From Candidatus Micrarchaeota archaeon (GTDB lineage: Archaea > Micrarchaeota > Micrarchaeia > Norongarragalinales > UBA8480), in assembly GCA_043805855.1 (NCBI GenBank), contig JAZDHP010000053.1, positions 1 through 26,651 of the forward strand: a stretch of DNA of 26,651 nt. The letters run 5' to 3'. Shown here one piece after another: positions 16,204-25,680 of the stretch. Under the pieces are notes generated by a model. That model ran no database searches. It was not told the DNA's origin and saw only the letters and a program-made list of their open reading frames with translations. A program made the position numbers and the translations under genes. Numbering within the stretch: the stretch's first letter is position 1; each line of letters opens with the position of its first letter.

Positions 16204-16302
16204 CGGGTGAGTCGAAAATCGCGGCGGGCTCGCTTTTCTTTTTAGAAAAACGTTTAAAACGCAGCGTGTCCCAAATTGTTCTTGCGTTTTAAGGTGATTA
16301 GA

Positions 16303-16581
16303 GTGGCGAAGCAAACAATTACAGTTCAAGATTTTCAACCAATTGTACAAATTTTAGAAACTCTCATTGAAGATACTTCAATTCCAAAAAACGTACGTGC
16401 GTCAATTACAAAGGCAAAGGAAAAATTAAACGAAAGTGACAAAGACGCCAACACAGTATTGACTAATTCTATACATGCCTTGGAAGAAGTTGTAAACGAC
16501 GTCAACATGCCAATGCACGGCAGGACAATGCTGTGGAACATTCTAAGCGAGCTAGAAGTAATGAAAGAAAAAACATTGTAA
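16303..16581 (+). CDS. UPF0147 family protein
   Basis: 'IEDTSIPKNVR...LEEVVNDVNMPMHGRTMLWNILSELE'; AGGTGA upstream of GTG 16303. Confidence 0.9.
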   Translation: MAKQTITVQDFQPIVQILETLIEDTSIPKNVRASITKAKEKLNESDKDANTVLTNSIHALEEVVNDVNMPMHGRTMLWNILSELEVMKEKTL

Positions 16582-16632
16582 AGCTTAAACCGCTAGCGCT
16601 GACTTTTTTGCGTTTTGAATTTTTGCTCCATA

Positions 16633-16989
16633 TTACTTGCTAGGCTCTTTCTTGCTTTTTTTCGGTTTACCTTCTTCAACTTTGCGATCTAACTCGCCGC
16701 CACACTGGGTACAGAATTTCGTCCCAAAAGGAAAATCACGAGTACATTTTTCACAAGTTGCAACGAGTTTTTGTCCACAACTCGGACAGAATTTCAAATC
16801 AGGTTCACTTATTTTTACACTACACTTTGGGCACTTATCGAGTTTTTTGGCTTCTCCAGTATTTCCCCGGTTAAGCCCGCCTCTAAGTGTTTTTTCTACT
16901 CCAGAGGAAATTTCACTACCAGCGCGATAAGAAAGGTCGCTCTTTACCCTTCCAAATATATTGCCTACGCTTTCATCTATAATTCCCAT
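16633..16989 (-). CDS. Double zinc-ribbon (DZR) protein
   Basis: Four CxxC motifs: CPKC, FCPSCG, CEKC and FCTQCG. Confidence 0.85.
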   Translation of the reverse strand: MGIIDESVGNIFGRVKSDLSYRAGSEISSGVEKTLRGGLNRGNTGEAKKLDKCPKCSVKISEPDLKFCPSCGQKLVATCEKCTRDFPFGTKFCTQCGGELDRKVEEGKPKKSKKEPSK

Positions 16990-17067
16990 TTAAAGCACCA
17001 CATGTTTATTTCAGAGATTGTCTATAAAAATGCTGTCATTTGCTGTTAAAATTACTTATACTAAATC

Positions 17068-18789
17068 TTAAACTAAATCTGTTTCTCTAGGTGAATTGTA
17101 CTGCGGAAAATTAGTGTTTAAATCTGAACGCAATTTAGCAATTTCGCTGTCGCACCAGCCGATCATTTTTATCATGTACGCTTCAATGCCTTCTTCATTA
17201 TGTTCTAGTACATCAAGTTGCATTTGAGCTGCATCGGCCCTCATTGTATCACCAGCTTGTCTATGGCGTTTTATTTCATCTAAAAGCTCTGGCCTAGCTT
17301 GTCGCATCATTGCTTCGTACTTTGCGGCCACTTTTTGCGGGTCCAATTCATCAAGTTGTATCTGAGTAGCGTCCACCATCTCAGTATCGCCAGCTTTCTT
17401 GTAGTACGCTTGCTGGTCTAAAAGTTCTGCTTTTTTTCTTTCTTTATCCCTCTTGGATGACTCTGATTCAGGCGCTTTTAGTTTAGCGTTCTTTTCTTTC
17501 ATTGCCTTTAGATTTTGTTCAAGTTCTTTCTTCGTATTTAGAAATGAAATGTATTTTTCTACCGCGAATCGGTTTTTCACAATTGCCTTTGCTCTTGGAT
17601 CGACTGCATCTGCGGCTTCAGAATACATTCTATCGCCTGCAATTGTAATCTTGCCAGTTATAATGAAGTCTCCAGGCGCATGTTTAGGCAAATTTGGATA
17701 TGCAATTTTGCCATTTGTCATGTTCTTAACTGGGTTTGGCGTTCCAAAAGTAACAACTGAACCATCTTTGCAAAGTTCAATATACGCCGAAATATCGTCG
17801 CAAACTTTTGACCCGCGAGGCGATTTCGTGGCGTTAATTTTTGCAACTACATTTTTAGGCATTTTTGCAGTTAATTTATCAATTATATTTCCAATCATTT
17901 GCGATGTGGGCAAAAACTCAATGGCAGGATACCCTGAAGCTATTTTCAAAAATTTATTCACGTCTTTACCGCTGTCTAGAATTTTCATGTTAAATATTCC
18001 TTTGATTAGCGAAACTGCAACGAAATTATAATTTATAACTGTGTTTGAAGAATTTCTCAGTATAACTTCAGTTTCTTTCGACGGAACCATAGACGACGGA
18101 GTTGGGTGCGATTCATTTCTAGTTAAAACCAAACTAACTTCTGAACTTGGATAAACAAATATTTCACGGCTATAATTATCATCTGACCTAATGTCGTTAA
18201 TTTGAACGTAAGAATGATCTTCAGTTTCAATTATATCGCCATTTTCTAAAATGAAAACAGTGTCCTTTGGATTCAAAAGTCTACTTCCCATTCCCAGCCC
18301 ACTGTCAAGTGGAGGTATTGCACTTGCAGGAAGTAGAATTCGTTGGCCTCCGCGCCTAACATACGCTCTACCAGTAGTTTTGAAAGTAGGCGCGTTTATT
18401 GAAGTGTACTTTACCGCATTTAAAAAGCCGAACCCGTTTTTCTTCAACATTTCTATCTTTGCTTTGAACCGGTCCTCGTAAGCATATTCAACAGATATTC
18501 CATTAACGTGTTTTGAAACCGCCACTGGCGGGTTAATTTTAAACTCTTCAACTATCTTTTGGCACTGTTCAATTTCTTCAAACTTTTGTCCAATTTGACG
18601 GCCTTGTACCCTACCTTCTTCAGTTTCTTTCGCATATTCGCCCATTCCAGCAGTTGCTTTTCTAGACGCAGTTTCTTTTAAGTTCATAAAACGCTTGAGA
18701 AACTCTTCGTCGCTTTCCTTCCCTGCGCTGGCAGTTGCCGCTTGTTTTGCAACAGTTGTTTGTTTTTTGGATTTTTTCGCAGAAGCCAT
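17068..18789 (-). CDS. Hypothetical protein with a FecR-like beta domain and a helical C-terminus containing an internal repeat
   Basis: 'GRAYVRRG...LENGDIIETEDHSYVQI...IFVYPSSEVSL...VSLIKGIF'; no signal peptide or TM helix seen. Confidence 0.55.
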   Translation of the reverse strand: MASAKKSKKQTTVAKQAATASAGKESDEEFLKRFMNLKETASRKATAGMGEYAKETEEGRVQGRQIGQKFEEIEQCQKIVEEFKINPPVAVSKHVNGISVEYAYEDRFKAKIEMLKKNGFGFLNAVKYTSINAPTFKTTGRAYVRRGGQRILLPASAIPPLDSGLGMGSRLLNPKDTVFILENGDIIETEDHSYVQINDIRSDDNYSREIFVYPSSEVSLVLTRNESHPTPSSMVPSKETEVILRNSSNTVINYNFVAVSLIKGIFNMKILDSGKDVNKFLKIASGYPAIEFLPTSQMIGNIIDKLTAKMPKNVVAKINATKSPRGSKVCDDISAYIELCKDGSVVTFGTPNPVKNMTNGKIAYPNLPKHAPGDFIITGKITIAGDRMYSEAADAVDPRAKAIVKNRFAVEKYISFLNTKKELEQNLKAMKEKNAKLKAPESESSKRDKERKKAELLDQQAYYKKAGDTEMVDATQIQLDELDPQKVAAKYEAMMRQARPELLDEIKRHRQAGDTMRADAAQMQLDVLEHNEEGIEAYMIKMIGWCDSEIAKLRSDLNTNFPQYNSPRETDLV

Positions 18790-18799
18790 TTTATAACCA

Positions 18800-19999
18800 C
18801 TATGCAACTTTTACCCCATCTTTTGTAACTGGCTTGTATACCCGCGGAGATTCAATAATTTGTTCAATATCAATACCTTCTGCCGTTGACATATTTTTCT
18901 GTTTCTTTAGCATTTCCATACCTGCCTTTTGACTTGATACTAACCGCTCTATTCCTTTGTCACCCATTCCTTCCATTAGCCCTTTTTGCATTGCCATTGC
19001 TTTTTTCATTTGGCCAAACATACCGTCTTTTTCCATTTTTTTAAGCATTTCAGGCATTTCTTTCATTCGTTCCATAACTTCGGGGCTAATTTTAGTGCCA
19101 CTTTTAGCTTCGCCTATTTTCATCATGCGAGTTAAGTCATCTGGAGACATTTGCTTGAACATTTCTAAACTTCCAACCATTTGCTCCATGTTTTTTGGCA
19201 TGTTTTTGTACGATTCAGCCATTTGTTTTTCGTCAACAGTAGGCATCGTCGCAGTGAGCTTGTTTTGAAAGAACCCGTTCAACGCAATAGCATTGTTAAA
19301 AATGTCGTCCATTTTGGTTAACCCCTTTCGGTAAATTGCATCTCGCGTTACAATTATCTCTTCAAAAGTAGTGGACTTTGCAGTGAACGAACGTTTAGTT
19401 GCCTTGTTTGTATATTCAACTCCGCCTGCGCCGATTGAAGTTGACGCTAATGGACTACTGTAAAGAACGTCGTCGCACACGTCAAAAAAACCGCTACCGT
19501 CAAAATTAAATTTTATCAAAGCAACTGGAGTTACGAGCACATCGTCAGTGTGAGAATATGAAACTTGAAAAAAACCTTTTTTCAACTCTATATTTTTTAT
19601 TAACTCCCCGTGACATCTTGTTTTCTCTTTGTTATCTTTTTTGTCCCATTTTTCAAAACCGCTAACTTGTAATTCGCTGTTTGGCCCCATGAAAACAGTT
19701 TTCGACGCTCTAGCTTTATAATCATCAATTGGATTTTCCTTTCCATTGTTATAGCTAGTAGTAAGATACACAATTGTCTTCGCGCCGCAAATTATCTTGT
19801 CGCCTTCCGCAAGTTTTGGAAATTCTTTTTTAGACTTTTCTAGTTTGGCGTTATCGTGAGTTTTTTGAAATTCTTCAATTAGCTTAGTTTCACTTTCACC
19901 AGAAGGAATTTTAATTTTCTTACTTCCCCTTGCAATAAAAGCATTTTCTCCACCAGCAGTTAGTCTAATATTTCCAGTTTCTATTTCATGATAAAGCAT
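18800..19999 (-). CDS. Hypothetical protein with a FecR-like domain and a Met-rich (STI1-like) helical C-terminus
   Basis: 'LAEGDKIICG...VFMGPNSELQV...IELKKGFF...LVTPVALI', then an M/K/E-rich tail ('MFKQMSPDDLTRMM'); GAGGT upstream. Confidence 0.6.
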   Translation of the reverse strand: MLYHEIETGNIRLTAGGENAFIARGSKKIKIPSGESETKLIEEFQKTHDNAKLEKSKKEFPKLAEGDKIICGAKTIVYLTTSYNNGKENPIDDYKARASKTVFMGPNSELQVSGFEKWDKKDNKEKTRCHGELIKNIELKKGFFQVSYSHTDDVLVTPVALIKFNFDGSGFFDVCDDVLYSSPLASTSIGAGGVEYTNKATKRSFTAKSTTFEEIIVTRDAIYRKGLTKMDDIFNNAIALNGFFQNKLTATMPTVDEKQMAESYKNMPKNMEQMVGSLEMFKQMSPDDLTRMMKIGEAKSGTKISPEVMERMKEMPEMLKKMEKDGMFGQMKKAMAMQKGLMEGMGDKGIERLVSSQKAGMEMLKKQKNMSTAEGIDIEQIIESPRVYKPVTKDGVKVA

Positions 20000-20089
20000 T
20001 TCAACAACCTCAACAAAAAATAACAGCTATCGCTTTTAAACCTAATCATTAGACGCAGTAATTTTTTCAAACAATACGAGACGCGCAAG

Positions 20090-20632
20090 CTACATACTGT
20101 TTTTAGCAATAAATTCTTGCAACTTAGCTGCTTGTGTTTTAGAAATTGACACGTAAGCTGCGGATTTATTGTCTTTAAAAGAAATTAGTCTATCCTTTGC
20201 AAGCGCACGTAGCAAGTTTTGCCTTGCTGACCTACAACAAATTAATTCCACATGTCCGGTATTTTTCGGTAACGCTCTTTTAATTCCACGGACCGCTACA
20301 AAGTGAAGCGGCTGCTCTATAACTCGGTTAAATTCTTGAAGCGCACATTCAACATCGCGGTCAAACGGTTGATCTTGTTTAAGCCATTGAACTTGTTCCT
20401 TTTCACTCGTGCTATTTACTAAAGTTGAAGCGTATAATCGCAGTGGCTCGTTTACATTACGATATAAAAATAATTTATCGAGATGTTCAACTGGCACGGT
20501 TACGGAAAAAACGCGTTTTTTGACGCGCCCAAAAAAACCAGGCTTGGCTCGCGTGTGCTCTTGCAGTAGGAGCATCGCCATTTGTAGTTTTGCGCGTTCA
20601 AAAATTTCAGGCATATACTGAATGTACGACAC
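20090..20632 (-). CDS. Hypothetical protein
   Basis: 180-aa ORF filling the space next to the divergent polD operon. Confidence 0.55.
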   Translation of the reverse strand: MSYIQYMPEIFERAKLQMAMLLLQEHTRAKPGFFGRVKKRVFSVTVPVEHLDKLFLYRNVNEPLRLYASTLVNSTSEKEQVQWLKQDQPFDRDVECALQEFNRVIEQPLHFVAVRGIKRALPKNTGHVELICCRSARQNLLRALAKDRLISFKDNKSAAYVSISKTQAAKLQEFIAKNSM

Positions 20633-20724
20633 AAGGTTTAAAAAAAGCTAGCCAGCTATAGTTATTTACGTTTACCTGTTGTCTCTGCATATGCGGAGCG
20701 AATTAAAAAGGTGTTTGGAATGAA

Positions 20725-22254
20725 ATGGCTGGTTCTCAAGTAAACGGCGGAAGTGCCGTGCGGGAAGTTCTATTGAAAAAAATTAGCGAGAAGAAGCTAC
20801 TTGTATCTCCCGAAGCGCTCGACAAACTATGCACAGTTAGCGAAGACCGAGCAGTCAAGGCAATTGAAAGGTTCTTTGAACAAACGGAACTAATTGTAAC
20901 GCTATCTCAATGTGATGAAGTGCTTGCTGGCATTGCGATAGTTGAACAAACGCCGGTAATTGTACAATACACTGGCTTCAAGCCACTAAATGCCGATGTT
21001 GAAAGCCAGTTGGAAATAAAAGAAAAATTAGACGTTAGTGGAAAGAGCCGCTGCACTGGAACAATCGAAGAATTCGTCGGGCTATTTAGAGATAGATTCC
21101 GCCGGGTAAAAGCAGTTTTGAAAACTCGCATGACGCAAATGCCATTAATTCCAATTTCAAGCGTAAAGGGCGGCGGCCGGGGAAGAACAGGTAGGATTAT
21201 CGGCATGGTTTACAACAAACAAACAACGCGCAACGGGCACTTGATATTTGAAGTTGAAGACGAAGAGGCAAATGTAAAGTGCCTCGTGATGAAAGACTCT
21301 CCAATTCGCGAAAAAGCAGACGAGATTATTTTAGACGAGGTAATTGCGCTTGACGGCGTATGCTCAGAAGAGTTGTTCATTGTAAAGGACGTCATTTGGC
21401 CAGAAACTCCAGTTGCGCCAGCGAGAAAAACAACAGAAGAAGACATTTCAATAGTTTGTACGTCTGATACGCATGTGGGCAGCAAATTATTTATGAAGGA
21501 TAACTTTGCGAAGTTCATCGCTTTTCTAAATGGTCAGGGAACTGACCAAGAGCGGGAAATTGCTGGGAAGATAAAGTACATTTCATTTGCCGGCGATTTA
21601 GTCGACGGCATTGGCGTTTACCCAGAACAGGAAAAAGAACTGGAGACGAAAGATATCTACACACAGTACGAAATGTTCTGCGAGTACATGAAAATGATAC
21701 CGGAACATATCGAAGTTATAATTTCGCCAGGCAACCACGACGCAGTGAGAAGCGCAGTGCCTCAACCTCGGTTAGCGCGGGAGTTTGTAAAAAGCGCAGA
21801 GGGTTACAAAAACTTACACTTTGTCAGCAACCCTAGTTTCATAAAAGTACATGGTTTCAACGAAGTAATTTACCACGGCGAGTCAATGTACGCAATTGCA
21901 AATAGTTTACCAAACCTACGGGGCCTTAATACAAATCCGGAAAAAGCTGGAATTGAAATGATACGGCGCCGGTTGTTAAACCCAATTTACGGCGACAAAG
22001 TTCCATTTGCGCCTGAAAAATTTGACTACACTGTAATGGACGAAGTGCCTGACATTTTTCACTTTGGAGATATTCACCACAATGGCTACAGTAACTACCA
22101 CGGCACGATGATTATCAACAGCGGGTGCTGGCAGTCAAAAACAGACTATCAGGTGCGTCTCGGTCACGAGCCAACGCCGTGCTTTGTTCCGCTTTACAAT
22201 TTAAAAACAAATAATTTACAAGTACTGAACTTCGGAGGCGAGAACATTTTATGA
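20725..22254 (+). CDS. polB: DNA polymerase D small subunit DP1 (proofreading exonuclease)
   Basis: OB fold followed by calcineurin-like phosphoesterase motifs SDTHVGS, GDLVDG, GNHD and YHG, plus 'INSGCWQ'. Confidence 0.96.
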   Translation: MAGSQVNGGSAVREVLLKKISEKKLLVSPEALDKLCTVSEDRAVKAIERFFEQTELIVTLSQCDEVLAGIAIVEQTPVIVQYTGFKPLNADVESQLEIKEKLDVSGKSRCTGTIEEFVGLFRDRFRRVKAVLKTRMTQMPLIPISSVKGGGRGRTGRIIGMVYNKQTTRNGHLIFEVEDEEANVKCLVMKDSPIREKADEIILDEVIALDGVCSEELFIVKDVIWPETPVAPARKTTEEDISIVCTSDTHVGSKLFMKDNFAKFIAFLNGQGTDQEREIAGKIKYISFAGDLVDGIGVYPEQEKELETKDIYTQYEMFCEYMKMIPEHIEVIISPGNHDAVRSAVPQPRLAREFVKSAEGYKNLHFVSNPSFIKVHGFNEVIYHGESMYAIANSLPNLRGLNTNPEKAGIEMIRRRLLNPIYGDKVPFAPEKFDYTVMDEVPDIFHFGDIHHNGYSNYHGTMIINSGCWQSKTDYQVRLGHEPTPCFVPLYNLKTNNLQVLNFGGENIL

Positions 22255-25200
22255 CCGAAACTGGAAAAACCGAAGGGCAACTACAGTACAATAATTCAAT
22301 TAAGATAGATTTTGAAAAGTGTTACATTGTTGCAGAAAAAGCGCGGGATAAAAACCGCGACCCGAAGAAAGAAGTTGAAATTATTCCAGCCGAAGACGTA
22401 GCTGGACGTGTCGAAGGTCTAGTTGGTCCAGTCGGTATAGCGCTTTATGTTCGTGAAATTATGCCGCAGTTCAAAGACCGCGAGGGGCTAGTTGTACAAA
22501 TTGTCAACGAGATCCTTGATGGAAAATGGCCTGCAAAAACTTTAGTCAATTCAACTGATGAAAAAGAGATAAAAATTGAACAAGCAGTGCGAACTGGACT
22601 CGCACTTTATACTGAGGGAGTAGTAAGTGCTCCAATTGAAGGTGTTGTAAAGTTAAAGTTAAAGAAAAACGCAGACGGGAGCGAATACCTCTCGGTTTAT
22701 TTTTCTGGCCCAATTCGCGGCGCTGGCGGTACAGGTCAAGCTTTTACGCTACTACTTGCAGATTACTGCCGTTTGAAAATGGGTGTTGGAAACTACCGTC
22801 CAACTGACGGCGAAGTTGACCGTTATGTTGAAGAGGCTAACTTATACGCAATTAAAACCCGCTCAGGGCAATACGTACCAACAGAAGAAGAAATACGGCA
22901 CATCATACGCAACTGCGCGGTATGTATTGACGGCGAGCCAACTGAAGAATACGAGGTAAACGTGAACAAAAACGTGCAAAACGTTGAGTCAAATAGAGTA
23001 CGCGGCGGCGCTGTGTTAGTAATGAGCGAAGGCGTGTGTTTGAAAGCTGCAAAAATAATTAACATTGCAAAAAAGCTACCTGGAATTGACTGGAACTGGG
23101 TTGAAAAACTAATCAAGGCAACAAAAACAACAGCTACAAAATTTGAAATTAAACCAAACGACAAATACATGAAAGATATCGTAGCAGGGAGGCCAATTTT
23201 TTCCTACCCAAGCACGCCCGGCGGCTTCACGTTGCGCTACGGCCGCACTAGATTAACTGGAATCGCTGCAAAGGCAATTCACCCGGCAACAATGATTGTA
23301 CTTGGAAAATTCCCCGCAATTGGAACACAGGTAAAAGTAGAACGGCCAGGCAAAGGGTGCATTGTAACTCCATGCGAAACAATAGACGGCCCATTTGTTA
23401 GGCTAAAAAACGGCAATGTACTGCGCGTGCAAACGCTTGAAAAAGCAGAGGAAATTGAAAACGAAGTTGAAAAAATTATTTTCCTCGGCGACATACTAAT
23501 AAACTATGGCGATTTTCTAAAAGCAAACCACCCGCTAATCCCAGGCGCATGGTGCAGCGAATGGTACGCTGAAGAGCTAAAGGCAAAAGGCGTGAACAAA
23601 ACCAAAGAAGAATGTGAACAAATTACATTCGACGAAGCGACTGCGCTATCTCGCGAAAAAGGCGTTGCACTTGCTCCTCGCTTTACTTTGTACTGGAGCG
23701 ACTTTAAGCCAATTGAAATAAAACAAATCGCGCATTACATCACAACTGGAAAACTTAACTATCTTCCCGGAGATGAACAAAATCTTACACTTACACTCCC
23801 GTTGCAAAAACCTGAAAAGGAATTACTGGAAAACCTCGGCGTTGAACATGTTGTTGACAATGGCGAAATAAAAATCACCAGCGAGATGGTTCCAGCCCTT
23901 TTATTTCCACTTGGAATGCACGCTGCTTTACAACTAGAAAAGTTCAACGAACGTTACAGTGAAGAAAAACCCATTCTAGAAATACTCCACGAGATTTGCG
24001 GAGTTGAAATTATAAACCGGCCAGGAAATTACATCGGCAGCAGTATGGGCCGACCGGAAAAATCCAAGGAACGCAAAATGCAACCGCCAGTACACGGCTT
24101 GTTTCCAATTGGCCACTACGGCGGTAAACTACGCAGCATTGGCAAAGCAGTGCAAGAGTTGAAAAAGAAAGGCGAACGAGTTATACAAACAGAAATTGCA
24201 ATTCGCATGTGCCCAAGTTGCAAAATAAAAACTCCACTACCAAAATGCGCGTGTTCACGCGAAACAATACTCGCACGACAATGCACTGACTGCGGTTCAC
24301 TATGCGTAAGTGAATTTTGCCCAAAGTGCAAGAAAAAAGCAAAGCAAAATGAAAAACAGCCAATTGACTTAATTACAATGTACGAAAACGCCGTCAAGGC
24401 AACGCAAATGACAGACGCAAAAGGCGTAATTGGTTTAATTTCCGAAAGAAAGCCATTTGAAATAATAGAAAAAGCACTTCTCAGGGCAAAGCACAACGTT
24501 TACGTATTCCGCGACGGCACAACACGCGTAGACGCAACTGAAATTCCAATAACCCACTTTATCCCAAGCGAAATTGAAACAAGCATAGAAAAACTACACG
24601 AACTAGGCTACACTCATGATGCAAACGGCGCGCCGCTTACCGACGTAAATCAAGTTGTTGAACTACGAGCTCAAGACATTATAATCAACAAAATTTCAGC
24701 TGAATATTTAATGCGCGTAACAAAATTCGTCGACGATCTACTTGTATACGTTTATGAAATGCCAGCATTTTACGACGCTAAAACAATAAACGACTTAATA
24801 GGACAGTTAACAATTTGCATTGCGCCACACATCAGCGCAGGAATAACAACGCGAATAATTGGATTCACAACAACACGCGGCCTACTCGCGCACCCGTACG
24901 TGCACTGCGCGTGCCGTCGTAACAGCGACGGAGATGAATTGGCATTTATGCTCTTGCTTGACTCGCTGATAAACTTCTCGCGCGAATTCCTGCCAGCTAC
25001 GCGCGGTGGGAAAATGGACGCGCCGCTTGTATTGTCATCACAGTTAACTCCAACTGAAGTTGACGACGAAGTACACGCAATGGACGTATGCGACCATTAC
25101 CCGCTTGAATTTTACCAAGCTACCTTAAGAAACGCAATGCCAAAAGAAGTGAAACTAGATACAGTTTCCAGCCGCCTCGGTAAACCAGAACAATTTGAAA

Positions 25201-25664
25201 ACTTGCACTACACGCACGCATGTAAATTACAAGGTCCAGTGGAAACTTCTTACGTTACGCTTGAAACAATGAAAGAAAAAGTTGCAGTTGAACTTGAAAT
25301 GATGCAACGAATACGCGCAGTAAAAGCCAGCGGCGCAGCAGAGAGAATAATCCAATCCCACTTCTTCCCCGACCTCTACGGTAACCTACGTTCCTTTGGC
25401 AGGCAAATATTCCGCTGTGTTGACTGCAACGCTAAATTCCGCAGAATTCCATTACGCGGCAAGTGCAGCCAGTGCGGTGGAAAATTAATACTAACAATTA
25501 ACCGCGGCGGCATTGAAAAGTACCTTGAATTGTCAAAAGCAATGGCTGAAAAATACGAGTTACCGCTATACTTGAAGCAACGCTTGCTACTAATTGAACG
25601 CGACATAACTTCCTTATTCGAAGACGAGAAAAGCAAGCAATTCTCCCTCGCAGCGTACGTTTAA
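22251..25664 (+). CDS. polC: DNA polymerase D large subunit DP2 (no intein)
   Basis: 'EGVVSAPIEG', 'GPIRGAGGT', 'GGFTLRYGR', 'RRNSDGDE', 'RGGKMDAPL' and Zn fingers; ATGA overlap with DP1. Confidence 0.98.
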   Translation: MTETGKTEGQLQYNNSIKIDFEKCYIVAEKARDKNRDPKKEVEIIPAEDVAGRVEGLVGPVGIALYVREIMPQFKDREGLVVQIVNEILDGKWPAKTLVNSTDEKEIKIEQAVRTGLALYTEGVVSAPIEGVVKLKLKKNADGSEYLSVYFSGPIRGAGGTGQAFTLLLADYCRLKMGVGNYRPTDGEVDRYVEEANLYAIKTRSGQYVPTEEEIRHIIRNCAVCIDGEPTEEYEVNVNKNVQNVESNRVRGGAVLVMSEGVCLKAAKIINIAKKLPGIDWNWVEKLIKATKTTATKFEIKPNDKYMKDIVAGRPIFSYPSTPGGFTLRYGRTRLTGIAAKAIHPATMIVLGKFPAIGTQVKVERPGKGCIVTPCETIDGPFVRLKNGNVLRVQTLEKAEEIENEVEKIIFLGDILINYGDFLKANHPLIPGAWCSEWYAEELKAKGVNKTKEECEQITFDEATALSREKGVALAPRFTLYWSDFKPIEIKQIAHYITTGKLNYLPGDEQNLTLTLPLQKPEKELLENLGVEHVVDNGEIKITSEMVPALLFPLGMHAALQLEKFNERYSEEKPILEILHEICGVEIINRPGNYIGSSMGRPEKSKERKMQPPVHGLFPIGHYGGKLRSIGKAVQELKKKGERVIQTEIAIRMCPSCKIKTPLPKCACSRETILARQCTDCGSLCVSEFCPKCKKKAKQNEKQPIDLITMYENAVKATQMTDAKGVIGLISERKPFEIIEKALLRAKHNVYVFRDGTTRVDATEIPITHFIPSEIETSIEKLHELGYTHDANGAPLTDVNQVVELRAQDIIINKISAEYLMRVTKFVDDLLVYVYEMPAFYDAKTINDLIGQLTICIAPHISAGITTRIIGFTTTRGLLAHPYVHCACRRNSDGDELAFMLLLDSLINFSREFLPATRGGKMDAPLVLSSQLTPTEVDDEVHAMDVCDHYPLEFYQATLRNAMPKEVKLDTVSSRLGKPEQFENLHYTHACKLQGPVETSYVTLETMKEKVAVELEMMQRIRAVKASGAAERIIQSHFFPDLYGNLRSFGRQIFRCVDCNAKFRRIPLRGKCSQCGGKLILTINRGGIEKYLELSKAMAEKYELPLYLKQRLLLIERDITSLFEDEKSKQFSLAAYV

Positions 25665-25680
25665 TAAATCACCAGCGTAT

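Larger units (their letters stand above)
15944..16232 (+). tRNA. tRNA-Arg(CCT) with three introns: 19/20 (15964-16056), 37/38 (16076-16135) and 59/60 (16158-16218)
   Basis: Spliced product: GGGCCCGTAGCTCAGCCTGG|ATAGAGCGATTGCCTCCTA|AGCAATAGGTCCCGCGTTCGAA|TCGCGGCGGGCTCG, with A20 and G73. BHB central helices GCCT/AGGT, CTCC/GGAG and TTCG/CGAA, each flanked by 3-nt bulges. Confidence 0.92.

Noticed and set aside
15964..16250. CRISPR array (spaced repeats)
   Set aside because: The repeats are variable and the 'spacers' are tRNA exons; no cas genes are in the window.
22251..25664. Intein in DP2
   Set aside because: The length (1137 aa) and contiguous motifs leave no room, and no intein termini or LAGLIDADG motifs are seen.
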